The notes beneath the pieces were generated by a model that did no database searches, was not told the DNA's origin, and saw nothing but the letters and a program-made list of their open reading frames with translations. 64,000 bases of DNA, taken from contig OZ024741.1 in NCBI GenBank assembly GCA_964016885.1, positions 333,436,001-333,500,000 on the forward strand, written 5' to 3'. The translations under genes and the position numbers were made by a program. The DNA comes from Eledone cirrhosa. Its lineage: Eukaryota. Below, in pieces: positions 14,232-28,575 of this stretch (the first letter of the stretch is position 1; the number at the start of each line of letters is the position of its first letter).

Positions 14232-14603
14232 GTTTTGCGAGGTTTTAGATATGAAATCGTGTGTCGAAACAAATATTGTTATACTTGGGGAGGGTCATAT
14301 TTGTGTAATAATATTGCGAGAATTAATAATAGAACACACTCACAATACAACAGGAGGAAACATAATCGCACCACTGACAATGTTGCAGATGTACAACGAA
14401 AGAACTTTGTTAGACTATATATATGTGTTTGTGTCTATATTATATCTGTATTTTTGACCGTTGGTCAGTCAATGGTAACATTGAGGACCGAGTAAATTAA
14501 ATTAACTAATATAAAAGATACAGAAGCGAAAACCAATCTAACAGTGAGTGTGTTCTATTATTAATTCTGGCAATATTATTACACAAATATGACCCTATCC
14601 AAG

Positions 14604-14719
<116 letters not shown>

Positions 14720-15359
14720 AATACATATATATATATAAGCAAAGAGATATTTAATTTGTTGGTTATTCAACAAATTTATTTATAACATATTCGAAGCACT
14801 CTACAGAATTTCTTCTGGAGTATAATATCAATGATATTAATACATGGAAACTATCTTTATCAAACCATATTTATTTTATTATATATATTTCAAGGGTACC
14901 AACATTTTCGTATGCTCTCATCAGATAAAATACAAGAAATTGTTTTATAAATATTGACATATCCCAAAACAAGAACTTATCATTTTAAGTTCTATCCAAA
15001 ATGAACTTAAAATGATAGTTCTTGTTTTTGGATATGTCCATATTTATAAAACAATTTTTGTATTTTATCTAATGAGAGCGTACCAAAATTTGGTACCCTT
15101 GAAATATATATAATGAAATAAATATAGTTTTATAAATATAGTTTCCATGTATTAATATCATTGATATATATATATATATATATAAATACAATATAGGAGA
15201 AAGCTTTTTAGCGATACTCCGGCCAAATTCCAACTCACTCAACAAACATTAGGAAATAAGTGATTATATTCCCAATTATGCGTTCGGGGTGCTAACTAAA
15301 AGTATTGTGTGGAAAATTGGCTGTATTATTTCATATGAGACATATCTAATATATCTCTT

Positions 15360-15486
15360 CCCAGACGGACGTCTCGTTTCATTATAGGATTCCTACAATT
15401 TGGGTGAAATTATACCAATTTATGTAGGAGCTTGTATACCATCAATAGATATATATTCAAGTGGGCTCCTATAATTCATCAGTGGG
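15360..15486 (-). ncRNA. Type I hammerhead ribozyme, extended stem II
   Basis: Minus strand: CCCA-CUGAUGA-AUUAUAGGA...UCCUAUAAU-GAAA-CG(AGACGUC)CG-UC|UGGG. All three stems pair. GUC cleavage triplet. Confidence 0.85.
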
Positions 15487-15503
15487 TGCCCCAATATATA
15501 TAT

Positions 15504-15577
<74 letters not shown>

Positions 15578-15676
15578 AAAAAAAGATGAAATCGAAAATG
15601 CAACTGGAGTGTTATTTTTTTAAAAAATATATATATTTATTTGGTTCCTGAGAAAAACCACAGACCCTCAACTCTA

Positions 15677-15712
15677 CTTTTGAAAAGCAGAAGAACTGCG
15701 AAACCAGTAAAG
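15677..15712 (+). ncRNA. Minimal type I hammerhead, U3:A8 core variant
   Basis: CUU-UUGAAAA-GCAG(AAGAA)CUGC-GAAA-C(CA)G-UA|AAG. Confidence 0.65.
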
Positions 15713-15987
15713 GAACCAAATAAATATATATATTTTTAAAAAAAATAAGACTCCAGTTGCATTTTCGATTTCATCTTTTTTTCATTATACTTTCACTCGT
15801 GTAGGACACCTCGGTTATTTTTCATTTTGTGAAAAAAACCTCACTTTCTAATATATATATATATGTGAAGATAGACATAGAATATTCGAAAATATTCTGT
15901 ATGTTTATAATAAACATTTTGAAGACCTAATCGCTATAGAATAGAATACGTCACGTATTACAATTAGATTCTCGATAAAAGGGAAGT

Positions 15988-16026
15988 AACCTACGCGTTT
16001 CATTCTTATGAGAAATCTTCAGGATT
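15988..16026 (-). ncRNA. Minimal type I hammerhead
   Basis: AAUC-CUGAAGA-UUUCU(CAUA)AGAAU-GAAA-CGCG-UA|GGUU. Palindromic stem III (ACGCGU); U.U mismatch at the base of stem II. Confidence 0.72.
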
Positions 16027-16154
16027 ACATATCCAGTGCTTTTATCGAGAATGACACAGCTAGAGACTTATAGAATACTTAGCTGTGTACAGGAACTGGT
16101 TTGAAAGAGCGGTTGCCGGTCCGGCAGAAATTAGAAATTGGATTAAATGCTCTG

Positions 16155-17070
<916 letters not shown>

Positions 17071-17292
17071 TATCATCATCATTGATTAACGCCTATCTTC
17101 CACGCTAGCATAGGTTAGATGAGTTTGTTCCCATTTAGAGGCAAGTTGGGTTGGGTGACCATGTCTCGCTCATATGGGAGAGTTTCAGGCTGGTTTTCTA
17201 TGGCTGGATGCCCTTCCTAATGTCAACCACATTGAGCATGTGTGCTGGGTACTTTTTGTCCTGACACCTAAACGATTTGTGACACCTACACG

Positions 17293-17370
<78 letters not shown>

Positions 17371-17411
17371 CGAAACATAAGTCAATTGCATGAACTCATA
17401 ATCCTTTATTT

Positions 17412-17467
17412 ACTGCTATATATATTTCGATGATAGCCATTGAATGGCTATGACCTCATCAGGCAGT
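17412..17467 (-). ncRNA. Type I hammerhead
   Basis: ACUGC-CUGAUGA-GGUCAUAGCCAU(UCA)AUGGCUAUCAUC-GAAA-UAUAUA-UA|GCAGU. Confidence 0.85.
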
Positions 17468-17962
17468 TAGTCAGTTCTTAGATATGCCAGCTCTGTGTTT
17501 ATAGTGTTGATCGTATCCGAGCCTTGGGACATATATGTTTAAATTTGGTGGTTTACCACTGAGTAGAATTGATAATTCTGCAATGTTAACCATGATGTAA
17601 TGTGAGAAAAGCACTCGGCATTATGCAACTCATCTGTCTTTGATGTTGAATTATGTTGGTGGTGCAGGAATGGAGTAAATCTATTATAAAGTAAAATGAC
17701 AGGAGGCCAAATAGGTTGAATTTCTTTTATTATTTATTTCTGCAAATACTGCATATTTCAGTGGCCAGGTTGCGTAAAAACTTGGTGACAATTGCATGAT
17801 AGATGTATACCAATGGAATGATGGTAAACTTTATGGAAACATGCTGCTTCCTTTGTCTCTAGGTCAAAAGCATAAACACATCTTTTTCTTCTCTGTTTTT
17901 TCTTTGCTTGTTTCCTTAAAGTTTACCATCATTCCATTGGTATACATCTATTATGCAATAGT

Positions 17963-18018
17963 CACTTGAAGATGTCACCGGGTTCTTACGCAACCTGGCC
18001 AATGAAATGACCATAGTG
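17963..18018 (+). ncRNA. Type I hammerhead, U3.G8 variant (family shared with 20440 and 21143)
   Basis: CAC-UUGAAGA-ugucaCCGGGUU(cuuacgc)AACCUGGccaau-GAAA-UG(AC)CA-UA|GUG. Confidence 0.6.
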
Positions 18019-18475
18019 TTTGCAGAAATAAATCATCATCATCATCATCATTTCATTTTACGTCCGCTTTTCCCTGCTTGCAAGGGTGGGACGGGAACTG
18101 ATTCTGGCTTGATTTCTACAGCTGGATGCCCTTCCTAACACCAACCTCATTTACAGTGAGTGCTGGGTGCTTTTTTGCCGTGGCACCTACACGACCACTT
18201 TGCAGTGGAATGATAAGGACCTCAGTCCCTATCATCTCATTTCTACAGCTGAGTAAACTGGAGCAATTTGAAATAAAGTGTCTTGCTCAAGGAAACAACA
18301 CACCACCCGGTCTGAGAATTGAACTCACAACCTTTCGATTGCAAGGCCAATGCTCTAACCACTAAGCCATGTGCCTCCATAAATAATAGAGGAAATTCCT
18401 CTAAATAATAGAGGAAATTCAACATTTTTCGGCCTCCTGTAATTTACCTTTATGATATATATATTTATATATATG

Positions 18476-19536
18476 TCATCATCATCATCATCCTCGTTTA
18501 ACGTCCACTTTCCACGCTAGCATGGGTTAGACGGGAGTTGTCCCACTTGAGGCAAGGTTGGTCGGGTGACCGTGTCTCGCTCATATAGGACTATCTGGCA
18601 GGTTTTCTATGGCTGGATGCCCTTCCTAACACCAACCACATTTACAGTGTGGAACTGGCAACTTTTTACCGTGTTACCTACATGACCACATTACAGCGTG
18701 GACTGTGTGTTTTTTTCTCGTGACACCTACACGATCTTGATCTCAATCTCATTTATCTCATTTATTTGGACTGGATGTTGTGGTACCAACTTTACAGAGA
18801 GAGGATGGTGTTGGTGCGTGTGGGAGGATAGGGTAGGGGTAGTGGATTGGGGTGTATATTTGGTTAAGAGGTGCCTACTGACTGTAGGTTTTGCTTTGTA
18901 CATAGGAAAGGTGAGTCTTCTGTATTACTGTGTAGCGCCAAATATCTCGGTCCAGTGACATTGTCTTGGAGAAGTGTAAGTGCGTGAGGTCGGAATTTAT
19001 CAAATCGTCCCAGGTTTTTCTGGGTCTACCTACTCCGTAACTTCCATCTATTTTGATCGCCCTGCACTTTTATGCAGCAGTCGTCTTTCATGCGCATCAC
19101 GTGGCCATACTAACGTAGTCTTCTCTCGAGTAAACATCATCTGATCCCTCTTATTCCTAATTTCTCACTTAGTTCATTTATGCTTTGCCGTTCACGTATA
19201 TTACTATTACACATCCAACTGAGCATGCATTCTTCGTTCCTTTCCAGTCTGCGCAGGTCCTCTGCACACAATACCCATGTCTCACTGCCATGTAGCATTG
19301 CTGTTCGTATACAGGCATCATACAATCTGCCTTTCATTTTTAAGAGAAACCTTTTGTGGCAACAGCGGTATAAACTCTCTGAACTTTTTCCATCCCGTTC
19401 TGACTCTAGCTACTGTACTTTCAAAGCATCCTCCACCACTGTTGATTTCGTCACCCAGCTAACGGAAAGTGTCTACTATTTCTATAGAATCATCTGGGCA
19501 ATAGAAGGGGCTAGTATCCTGTGGACACTTGCTACC

Positions 19537-19537
<1 letters not shown>
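18476..19537 (-). mobile_element. RTE-clade LINE, 5'-truncated copy (same family as 12291)
   Basis: MKGRLYDACIRTAMLHGSETW. (CAT)n tail at the left end. Close to the reverse complement of 12291-13174. Confidence 0.92.
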
Positions 19538-19579
<42 letters not shown>

Positions 19580-20439
19580 TTGAAAAAGGTTTGAAGTGAT
19601 GAGTGTATATGAATATTTGTAAAATTGGAGTATTCTCAGTGCGAAAGGTAACCGTAACAGCGGGATACTATTTGTACAGCAAAAAACTTTTGGGGGTTAA
19701 GATATAACCACAAATCAGTTGGGGAGAGAGAGGGAGAAAGAGAGTCAAAGAATGAGATGAGAAATGAGAGGATTATAGTGAGAGAGAAGGGAGGAGGAGT
19801 AGAGGAGAAAAGGGGGATGAAAACGATGGAGCAGGACTTGTAGAGTAAATGAAGAGATGGAGAGAAAGATGAAGAGAATAGACCAACAAGAAAAAGGAAC
19901 TTAGCATTATTAGAATCGTCAGCTTCCTTGTAATACTTTACAATATAATACTGTAAAATAGTTTCTTGCATGAGAGAAGGACTATGTCTAGACTAAGTTC
20001 AGAAGTATTGACCGTGCAACATGAATTAAATCTCTGTTGTTTAAACACTAGAGAGGGCAATGGGGGTACGTCCGCATCAAGCCACGATTGTCGAAAGAAA
20101 GGCTGTTTGCTGTTCGAGAGGGAGAGAGTGGCCACAAGAGTAGGCATAAGTGACATCAGCAGCAGTGGCAAAATTGAAGGGAGGCAATGGTGGGAGATAC
20201 AACGATAGAGTCTGTGTGCTATTCAAACGGGAGCAGCAACAAACAGTATAACAGTGGTAAACACAAAAACAAAGGGAGGCAAAAATGGGAGAAACAAAAA
20301 TATAAAAAATATATAGAGTGAGGAAGAGAGAGAGAGAGACAAAAAAGGGTAGATAGATAAAGATATAAAGAATTTACCTGTCTCTTGCATCCCATCCATT
20401 TGATATGGAAAGCCTGACCTGGCTTATGTTATGTATAAA

Positions 20440-20492
20440 ACACTATATTTCAATGGCCTGGTTACATAAGAGATTAGTGACATCATCAGGTG
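20440..20492 (-). ncRNA. Type I hammerhead, stem II degenerate
   Basis: CAC-CUGAUGA-ugucac...uaaccaggccauu-GAAA-UA-UA|GUG. Confidence 0.6.
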
Positions 20493-20860
20493 CTCCGCGG
20501 TGGCAAACCCCTCATCTGGGATGCCACTTGCACCGACACTTTCTGCAGCCGCAACCTGGTGCAGTCTGCGGCTGACCCAGGTTCTGCTGCACGTCGGGCT
20601 GAGGGGGCCAAACTCCTCAAATACTGGTCGCTCTCCGATAGGTTTGTGGTCATTCCCCTGGCAGTGGAAACTTCTGGTGTCCTCGGCTCCAGGGCTACCT
20701 CCTTACTCACCACCATAGGCGCTGAGCTGGCCAGCCATAGGTGTGAGCCCCGCGAATTGGAGTGGCTTTTCCAGTGCGTCTCCCTTGCCGTCCTCCAGGG
20801 AAATGCCTTCTCCATTCTGTCCGCAGGGGCTGTGGGTGGGCCCCATCGCATACCAATATA
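20493..20860 (+). mobile_element. CRE-clade non-LTR retrotransposon 3' fragment (restriction-like endonuclease)
   Basis: GC-rich island encoding GKPLIWDATCTDT...AARRAEGAKLLKY...IPLAVETSGVLG...LFQCVSLAVLQGNA, the C-terminal RLE pattern of CRE-type elements. Confidence 0.8.
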
Positions 20861-21142
20861 TTAGTTAAATACCAGTCGTTAGACTAATATTCTATTTAAA
20901 ATAACCGAATGATTTCCAGCCCCGAAGTTTAAGAATGATGTAAATAAAATTGTAAACGAACAACAACAACAACAAAAAAAAAAAAACGGAATTACAGCAA
21001 ACAAAAACAGAGAATATTCGGAGATGGTCTGCCACAACAATAACACGGATTTTGTGGGTCATCTTTCCAAATCAAATATTTTCTCTATTCGCTGTTTGTA
21101 TTTGTCATAATTCCTTTTATTGATTAACTAATTATGCAATCC

Positions 21143-21200
21143 ACACCTGATGATATCAAGAGGGTCTTACCTAACCAGACCATTGAAATATGTATAGTGT
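21143..21200 (+). ncRNA. Type I hammerhead
   Basis: ACAC-CUGAUGA-uaucaagagGGUCU(uaccuaacc)AGACCauu-GAAA-UA(UG)UA-UA|GUGU. The base of stem II is imperfect. Confidence 0.7.
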
Positions 21201-21575
21201 CTTTTGCAACAATAACACTTTAAAAGGATATCCTCAGTCTGGCATCCTATTGTTTTAATCAAATTAATATGTAACTACATTCCTGCAGCCACGGGATTGG
21301 ATATCAACAATGGAGTGCTTTTTCTACTATTACATCATGGTTAACTAAAAGGAATGACCAGCTCTATCCATTGGTGAACCACAAACATAAATGTATATAT
21401 ATATAGAGAGAGAGAGAAAAGATGAAATTGGAAATAGCACGGGAGATATGTTTAAGGGTCTGTTTTTCTTTTTTTATTCGTCAAAGTGACATTATTGAAA
21501 AGATAGCATTATTAAAAAAAGAGGGACAATTCTTTTTTGAAAATTTTTTTATGGAATATATAAAGTGTATGGAAA

Positions 21576-21616
21576 AATTACCGGTTTCAATGTATTAAAA
21601 TCCATCTTGTCAAATT
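21576..21616 (-). ncRNA. Minimal hammerhead, U3:A8 core variant
   Basis: AAU-UUGACAA-GAUG(gauuuuaaua)CAUU-GAAA-CCGG-UA|AUU. Palindromic stem III ACCGGU. Confidence 0.6.
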
Positions 21617-22244
21617 CGGTGAAAAAAGTTAATTAAAAAGGGAGTAAAAAAATGTGTTTAAAATTAAAATTAAAATCAAAAACGAATGTTTGAGCAAAAT
21701 TTCTTCCATCATGCCTTCTGAAAAGTTGGCATGGAATAGTATGGGGTTAACCAAACAGCGATGGGCAGATCACATTATGGGCTGTCGGTTGAGAAGCATT
21801 ATATATTATTAAAAGATCTGCGGCCATAATCAGTTGATTCAGATTTATTTAAAACTCCATTATACATATTTCACTATCAGTTATGATAGCCTGAGCTACA
21901 AAAAAAGAAAGACGGCAAAACCTATACAAATTTGAAAACATTGAAAGTTCCTTAAAAAACCTTTAAATTTGAAAAAACCCAATAACTTCCTCGAAAAAGA
22001 TTTTCTTTTCTTGACACAGAGGGCTGGTTGAACGCATTGAGTTGTTTCTTCAATGACCCTAAGAATATTGGCAGAAGTGTTGGTCAGTTCAAGACCCACA
22101 TCACCCTTGCCTGATGTTTAGTGTAGAAAGTAATGAAATCAACTAGTAGCCCCTCTCCCTATCAGTCAGTAGTTGTTATAGTAGTTGTGACAGCCATCTC
22201 CTGCCAAACCCATTTTGTCCACAGGTCTGCAACAGCTGAATATT

Positions 22245-22432
22245 ATGGTGGATTGGCAGTATCGGTAGAGGGTCGGACGACATGCTTTGATGCATAGAGT
22301 TACGGCCCTTGCCATTCTGAGTTCAAATCCCGCCGAGGTTAACTTTGCCTTTCATCCTTATGGGGTCGATAAAATAAAGTACCAGTAATGCACTGGGTAA
22401 TTGCTGGCCTTGTGCCAAAAGTAGAAACAATT
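22245..22432 (+). mobile_element. SINE family B (tggcagtatcggtagag...gagttcaaatccc...ttcatccttacggggtcgataaaataaagtaccag)
   Basis: Pol III A/B-box-like head (tggcagtatcgg; gagttcaaatcc), conserved core and (ATT)n tail. Other copies at 24628-24815, 29400-29560 (-), 49750-49965, 51817-51962 (-) and 59025-59210. Confidence 0.85.
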
Positions 22433-25400
22433 ATAACTGATACCAAAAAGTAACTATATAATAAATAAAAAATGAATTAATGAAAAGCAAAAGGAAAAGT
22501 TATATCAAAGGGGATGAATAAGTGGGAAGAGATGATTATAATGAAAGAATTATTATTTTAATCTACATAGACCAAGTCAGTACTGAACAGTGTAGTGCTA
22601 GCCATTCAAGGTTCTTCCATCATCCTCAATATTGTCACCATTTAATGCCTATTTCCCATGGTTAAATGGGTTAGATGGGATGTCACATCATAAGGCTGGA
22701 CATGTTGGGTGACCACATTTTGCTCATATATTCTATTTTTGGCTTAGTTTTCTATGGCTAGATGCCTTTCCTAATGATATTCGGTACTGAACTGAAGCAG
22801 GGCTACTGACCTTCCAGACAGGCTAGGGATCTGTTATCTCTATATGTTTAAATTGGATTAAATAAATGAACAGATAAAATTATTTTTCCCAAACTGGGGT
22901 AAAATGGGGATGGAGGTTAATGTTAGAGTATTTCTAAAGTCTTTTGAATGGAAAAGATGAAGAGAAAAAACATGTGATGGTGGTGGTTATGAGGAGGATG
23001 GTGGTGAAGATGATAAGGATGGGGGCTGATGATGATGGTGGAAATGATAAAGATGATGATGATATAAGTGTGTGTAACTGAATGTGTAAATTTACTCATG
23101 TGCATACTTTTATATCCATTTATTAATACACAAATATGAAGGAGTGTGTGTATGTATGTGTGTGTGCTTGTATAGGTAAACACACACATACCCAAACATA
23201 AATATGAATAATGAAAATAATAATAATAATGATGATGGTGTTTATAATGATAATGGTGGTGATGAAATGGAAATGATGATGATGATGATGATGATGTTTA
23301 TGATGATGATAACTATAACTCTGGTGGTGATGATGATTTCATTTATGAGCCACCAGGGGACATTGTACATTTTTCAAGGGGAACTGAGAACTGCCAAATA
23401 TTTTTCCATTAGATTATTTTTAGGATTTAAAAAGAAATGTAAAAACAGAAATGAAAAAATAAAACAAACAAACAAACTGAGCCAATAATTGAGATTTACT
23501 TCTTCCCCAGTCTATGTTTATTAAATAACTTAATTTTAACAATCAAAAGGTTAGTAAGCTAAGGGAACATATATGACTATATAAATAAAATATCTTCAAA
23601 TATTTTTTAGGCTATTTCATCATCATCATCATCATCATCCTCATCATCATTGTTTAACGTCCATTTTTTTCCACATTGGCATGGGTTAGACAAGTTGTCC
23701 TGACACGAGACAAGCCAGATCAGATGATGGCGTCTTGTTCATATAGAACTGTTACTGGCTTGGTTTCTATGGCTGGATGCCCTCCCTAATGCCAACCACA
23801 TATACAGTGTGGACTTGGTGCTTTTTATTGTGGCACCAAAATGGCCACTTTACAGTGTGGAGTTGGCGCTTTTTGTTACAACACCTATACAACCACTTCA
23901 CAAAGTGGACTGCACAGTTTTTGTTGTGACACTTACACAACCATTTACAGTGTGGACTAGGTGCTTATATATATATATATATGTATATATATATTGCTTC
24001 TTATTTTGTATTTTATTGTCTATTTTATTTGAGAAAAAGCACATATTTAAAAAAATATTGCCAAATTAACTGAATTAATTGAAAAAAAAAATGTATTTAA
24101 CTGATGTTAGATATTTTCTATAAATTAGATTAAGATAGCTGTTATCTTGCATCAAATTTTTCTCTCCTGCCAGCACAATACATTGGTATTCCTAAACAGT
24201 CTGCTCTGATTGGAAAAAGGTTTAACTGATTGGATATTTAACTGTGAGGCAAACAGCACTTGGTTATTATTATTATTACTATAATTATTGTTATTACTAT
24301 TATTATAACATGTGAAAGAGGAGACTTACATGATGGCGCAGGCTGAGTGATTAGAGAATTGGATTCATAATCGTAAGGTTTCAAATTTGATTCTCAGACT
24401 GAGTGATGCATTATGTCCTTGAGCATGACACTTTATTTTACATTGCTCTTTCTGCTAGGAATTGCAATTGGTAGATAGTATCAACAATGTGAAGACCAGT
24501 GGAAATATTGTTTCCTGGTCCGATTTTACAAGTTCCACTCCACTTGGTAAATGAATGAGGTCTGAGACCTTATCAATCGATTCCAAAAATTATTATCATT
24601 ATTATTATTATTATTATTATCAACAGGGCAGTGGTTTGGTAGTATTAGTAGAATGTCAGACACCATGCTTTGCAGCATAGAGTTATGACCATTTACGTTC
24701 TGAGTTCAAATCCTGCTGGGGTTAACCTTGCCTTTCATCCTTATGGGGTCGATAAAATAAAATACCAGTAATGCACTGGGATAATTGCTAGCCTTGTGCC
24801 AAAAGTAGAAACAATTATTATCAACAGTTTAAAAAAAAACTGGCAAAATAAACAGACCTGCTGTTTCTGCAAAACCTTTTTCTTTTGTTTCTGCCCCTGC
24901 TCACTCTCCTCTATCTTTCTATTTCTTCTTTAATTTCTCAATCTACTTTCTTACTATATTAAGTGTGAAACTAATATATATCATGCTTGTCTGTTGTTTT
25001 TATCTGTTCTCTTTCCACACACACACACACATATAGAGAGAGAGGGAAGGAGGGAGAGAGAGGGAAGGAGGGAGAGAGATGGGGGAGTGATAGATATAGA
25101 GTATATTTTCATCTGACATATTTCTATTTTTAATTCAAAGAATTATAATTACATCATAATAAAGAATTAAATGTGGAATGGTTTGCTAGCGTGGAAAATC
25201 GATGTTAAACGAAGATGATGATGATAATAATGGACCATGTGTGTTTGTGTGTGTGTGTATACATATATATATGAAATCTGGGGAGATGGCCATAATTGGA
25301 CATTAAAACCTTAGGTTCTGCTCTTTGTTCTGTGTATGAACATAAATAAATAATAAAATATATACACCTTGTCTGATGACACATCATCATCACCATTTAA

Positions 25401-25559
25401 ATCCATGCTTGCATGGGTTAGACAGGTTGTCCATGCTAGGAGGCAAGTCTGGTCAGGGTTGGCCATGTGTCACACCTTGCTCTGGCAAGGACTGTAAATT
25501 TGGCTGGTAATTTTACAGCTGGATGCCCTTCCAAACACCAATTATGTGTACAGTGTGTA

Positions 25560-26000
25560 ACTGGATGGCTCCGTTATGAAGAAGGACAGACCAGTTGGGC
25601 ATGCCGAACCCATCTTACAACGGAAGCATGTTTTCAGAGCCTAACTCATCGACAGTGGAACCATAGTTTTGAGCCCAGTACTGGATGGCCCCAATATGAG
25701 GAACCTAACCCATCTCACAGTGTAGCCACAGTTTTGGGGCCTGGTATTGGGTGACACTGCTATGAGGAAGGGTGGCTAGTCAACCACGCAAAACCCATAA
25801 CACAACGTTACCACAGTTTTGGGTCCCAGTAGTGGATGAAACTGCTAAGAGGAGGGACAGGTGTGCTATCACAAAACCCTTCATACAGCAGACCCTCAAT
25901 TCAGGAATTGGATGCCGCGTGACTCCACTATGAGGAGGGACAAGCCAGTTGACCATGCCAAACCCATCTCACAGCGGCACACCAGTTTCAGAGCCTGGCA
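25560..26000. repeat. Degenerate minisatellite
   Basis: Recurring ggatg...ctatgaggagggaca...ccatgc..aacccatctcacag...cagttt units. Confidence 0.6.
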
Positions 26001-26047
26001 CTCTCCATGTGACAGACACTTCTCAATTCAAAACCGATTTCCACATG

Positions 26048-26099
<52 letters not shown>

Positions 26100-27954
26100 C
26101 ATACACAGAAACAGTGATGACATGAAGAACATAACTATATTCAATTTGTCTGTAAAACATTTCTGTAGATGCAATCATAGCTGTGTGGTTAAGAAGTTTG
26201 CTTCCCAATCCTGAGATATTTGGTTTGATGCTACTGCATGATATTGTGTGTTGGCATGACTTTATTTTATTTACTTTATTTTTTTTTAATTTAAATTTTT
26301 ATATTTACTTATCTCTGTATATCTTGTTTTGTTGTTGTTGTTTCTCAACTGTAAGAAGTACTAGATACTTCGCCTAGTTTGGCATGACTTACTAGCTCTA
26401 TACATATATTGATTAAATAAATAAATAAACCTCAGCTAATAAAGAAAATGAATGCTGTTGTTGTTACTGTTGATGGTATGGGTCCACTGTATCATATAAA
26501 ACAATACAGTTTGAGAGAGAGTTAAAATATTTATACCATTTTGTGAAGGAATAGTAAAAGATCATGGCCTTATGGTTAGGGTGTTGCATACATGATCATA
26601 AGGTTGTGGGTTCGATCCCTGGATAAGGTGGTGCATTGAGTTCTTGACGAAAATGCTTTATTTCATGTTGCCTTTCATGATCTGTATAATTAAAACACCC
26701 TAGAAATCCCTTATGAGAGACAACCCTATAAAAGACTACCATCTGAACCTATATAGGTGTGAATTTCATTTCATTTTCAATTCATATTCCAGGAAGCAAT
26801 AGTGTAAGCTATATATGCAGGGCCAGAATTTCCGTTGCTTAAACTGTAAACTATATGAAATCTGAGACCTTTCTCTAAAAATACTTATATTAATGTTAAT
26901 CATAAAGAGCAAATAATATATAATTTTTGATGATTTAGTGTTAAAGAAAAAAAATGAATGATAAAAAAAATATATATATATTTTTTAAATAAGGCCCCCA
27001 AGGGAATGTGGTCCTTAGCTATAGCTTATATATATGTGTATATCAATGATTTCTAGCTTGAGGTCAGTGGACCTTATGGCTCTACAAAGCCATGATATAA
27101 GTCCAAATTTCCAAGTACTTTTTTATAAACATAATATACCCCACATACTGGGTATCCATTATTCCCTAAATATAAACATTTCTCTATTCTTATTGTTATT
27201 CTCAATACATAACAATTTCAAGTACTTTGTTATATACATAACATACACCACATTATTGGGTAACCATTATTCTCTAGGTATAAACATATCTCTCTTTTGA
27301 TGGTTATTCTCATTGTACAACAGTCTGGAATGGAAGTAAGTGTAGCAGGGAATCTGTGAGAAAATTCATTTAACCTTTTTGTTATGATATTTCTAATGAA
27401 ATACACTGCATATGTTTCTTGATTGATTTAAAAACTAATCAAGAATTTAAAAATGATTAATTTTGTATAACTAATTAAGAAAAGTTTCAGATGGTTTAGT
27501 ATCAAAAAATTAAATAAAAGGAGTCCTTATGAGAGAAAATGTTGGGAACCACTAATGCCTGTCTCTCTATCTATCTAACTATCTGCATTTGTCTACCTAC
27601 CTACCAACTTACTTATCTGTCTGTCTGCTCTCTCTCTCTCTTACTGTCTGTGATATATGTATTATTCAATATCTAGTCACAACAGAGTTTATCGTAATTC
27701 TCTCCCTTTGATACTGCTATATTGTTAATTTACAGTGAAGTGAATGTCACTTCTTACTAAATATACTGCTTCAAAAACGATTCACACTGATAGACACATA
27801 AGCATGTGCATGTATGTGTGTATTCACACACGCACACATTCATACATACACATGCACATGGGCATACACATGTACATACACACATACACCGAAGCATGCA
27901 TATACAAACAGACGAACATTCATACAATTGTGTTATAAGGTTATGTATAACACC

Positions 27955-28487
27955 AACCTTGCTATTCATCATTCCAGGTGCAATAAAATAAAATACCAGT
28001 AATGCACTGGGGTTGATTTCATTGACTTTCCCCTTCCCCTTCAAATTGCTGGCCTTGTGCCTAAGTTAGAAGCAATTATTATCATTGTTATTGTTATAAG
28101 GCAGTGGATTGACAGAATTGGTAGAGCATTGAACAACATGTCTCGCTGCATATAGTTACATCCCTTTAATTCTGAGTTCCAATCTCACTGATGTTAGTTT
28201 TGCCTTTTATCCTTAAGGGGCCATAATAAAATAAAGCACCAGTAATATGCTGGGGTTGTTAATCGACTTACCCTTCTCCCAAAATTGTTGACCTTCTGCC
28301 TATATCAGAAACCATTATTTGCAGCACAGTTACGTCCCTTTACGGTCTGAGTTCAAATCCCGCCGAGGTTAACTTTGCCTTTCATCCTTACGGGATCGAT
28401 AAAATAAAATACCAGTAACGGGTCGATTTAATTTACTTTCCCCTCATCTAAAATTGTTGAATGTGTGCCAAATATAGAAACAATTAT
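27955..28487 (+). mobile_element. Cluster of about 3 SINE family B copies
   Basis: Repeated core and ggccttgtgcc...tagaaacaattatt 3' ends. Confidence 0.8.
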
Positions 28488-28575
28488 TACATGATACTTA
28501 ATATTAGATTCCAGTAGTTAAATATTTGTTTGTTATTGAGTTGAAAGTTAGTTATTTCATTTAAATTATGGATTA

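Noticed and set aside
22245-22335. tRNA genes at SINE heads
   Set aside because: A/B-box-like motifs are present but there is no cloverleaf, and they continue into a repeated SINE body.
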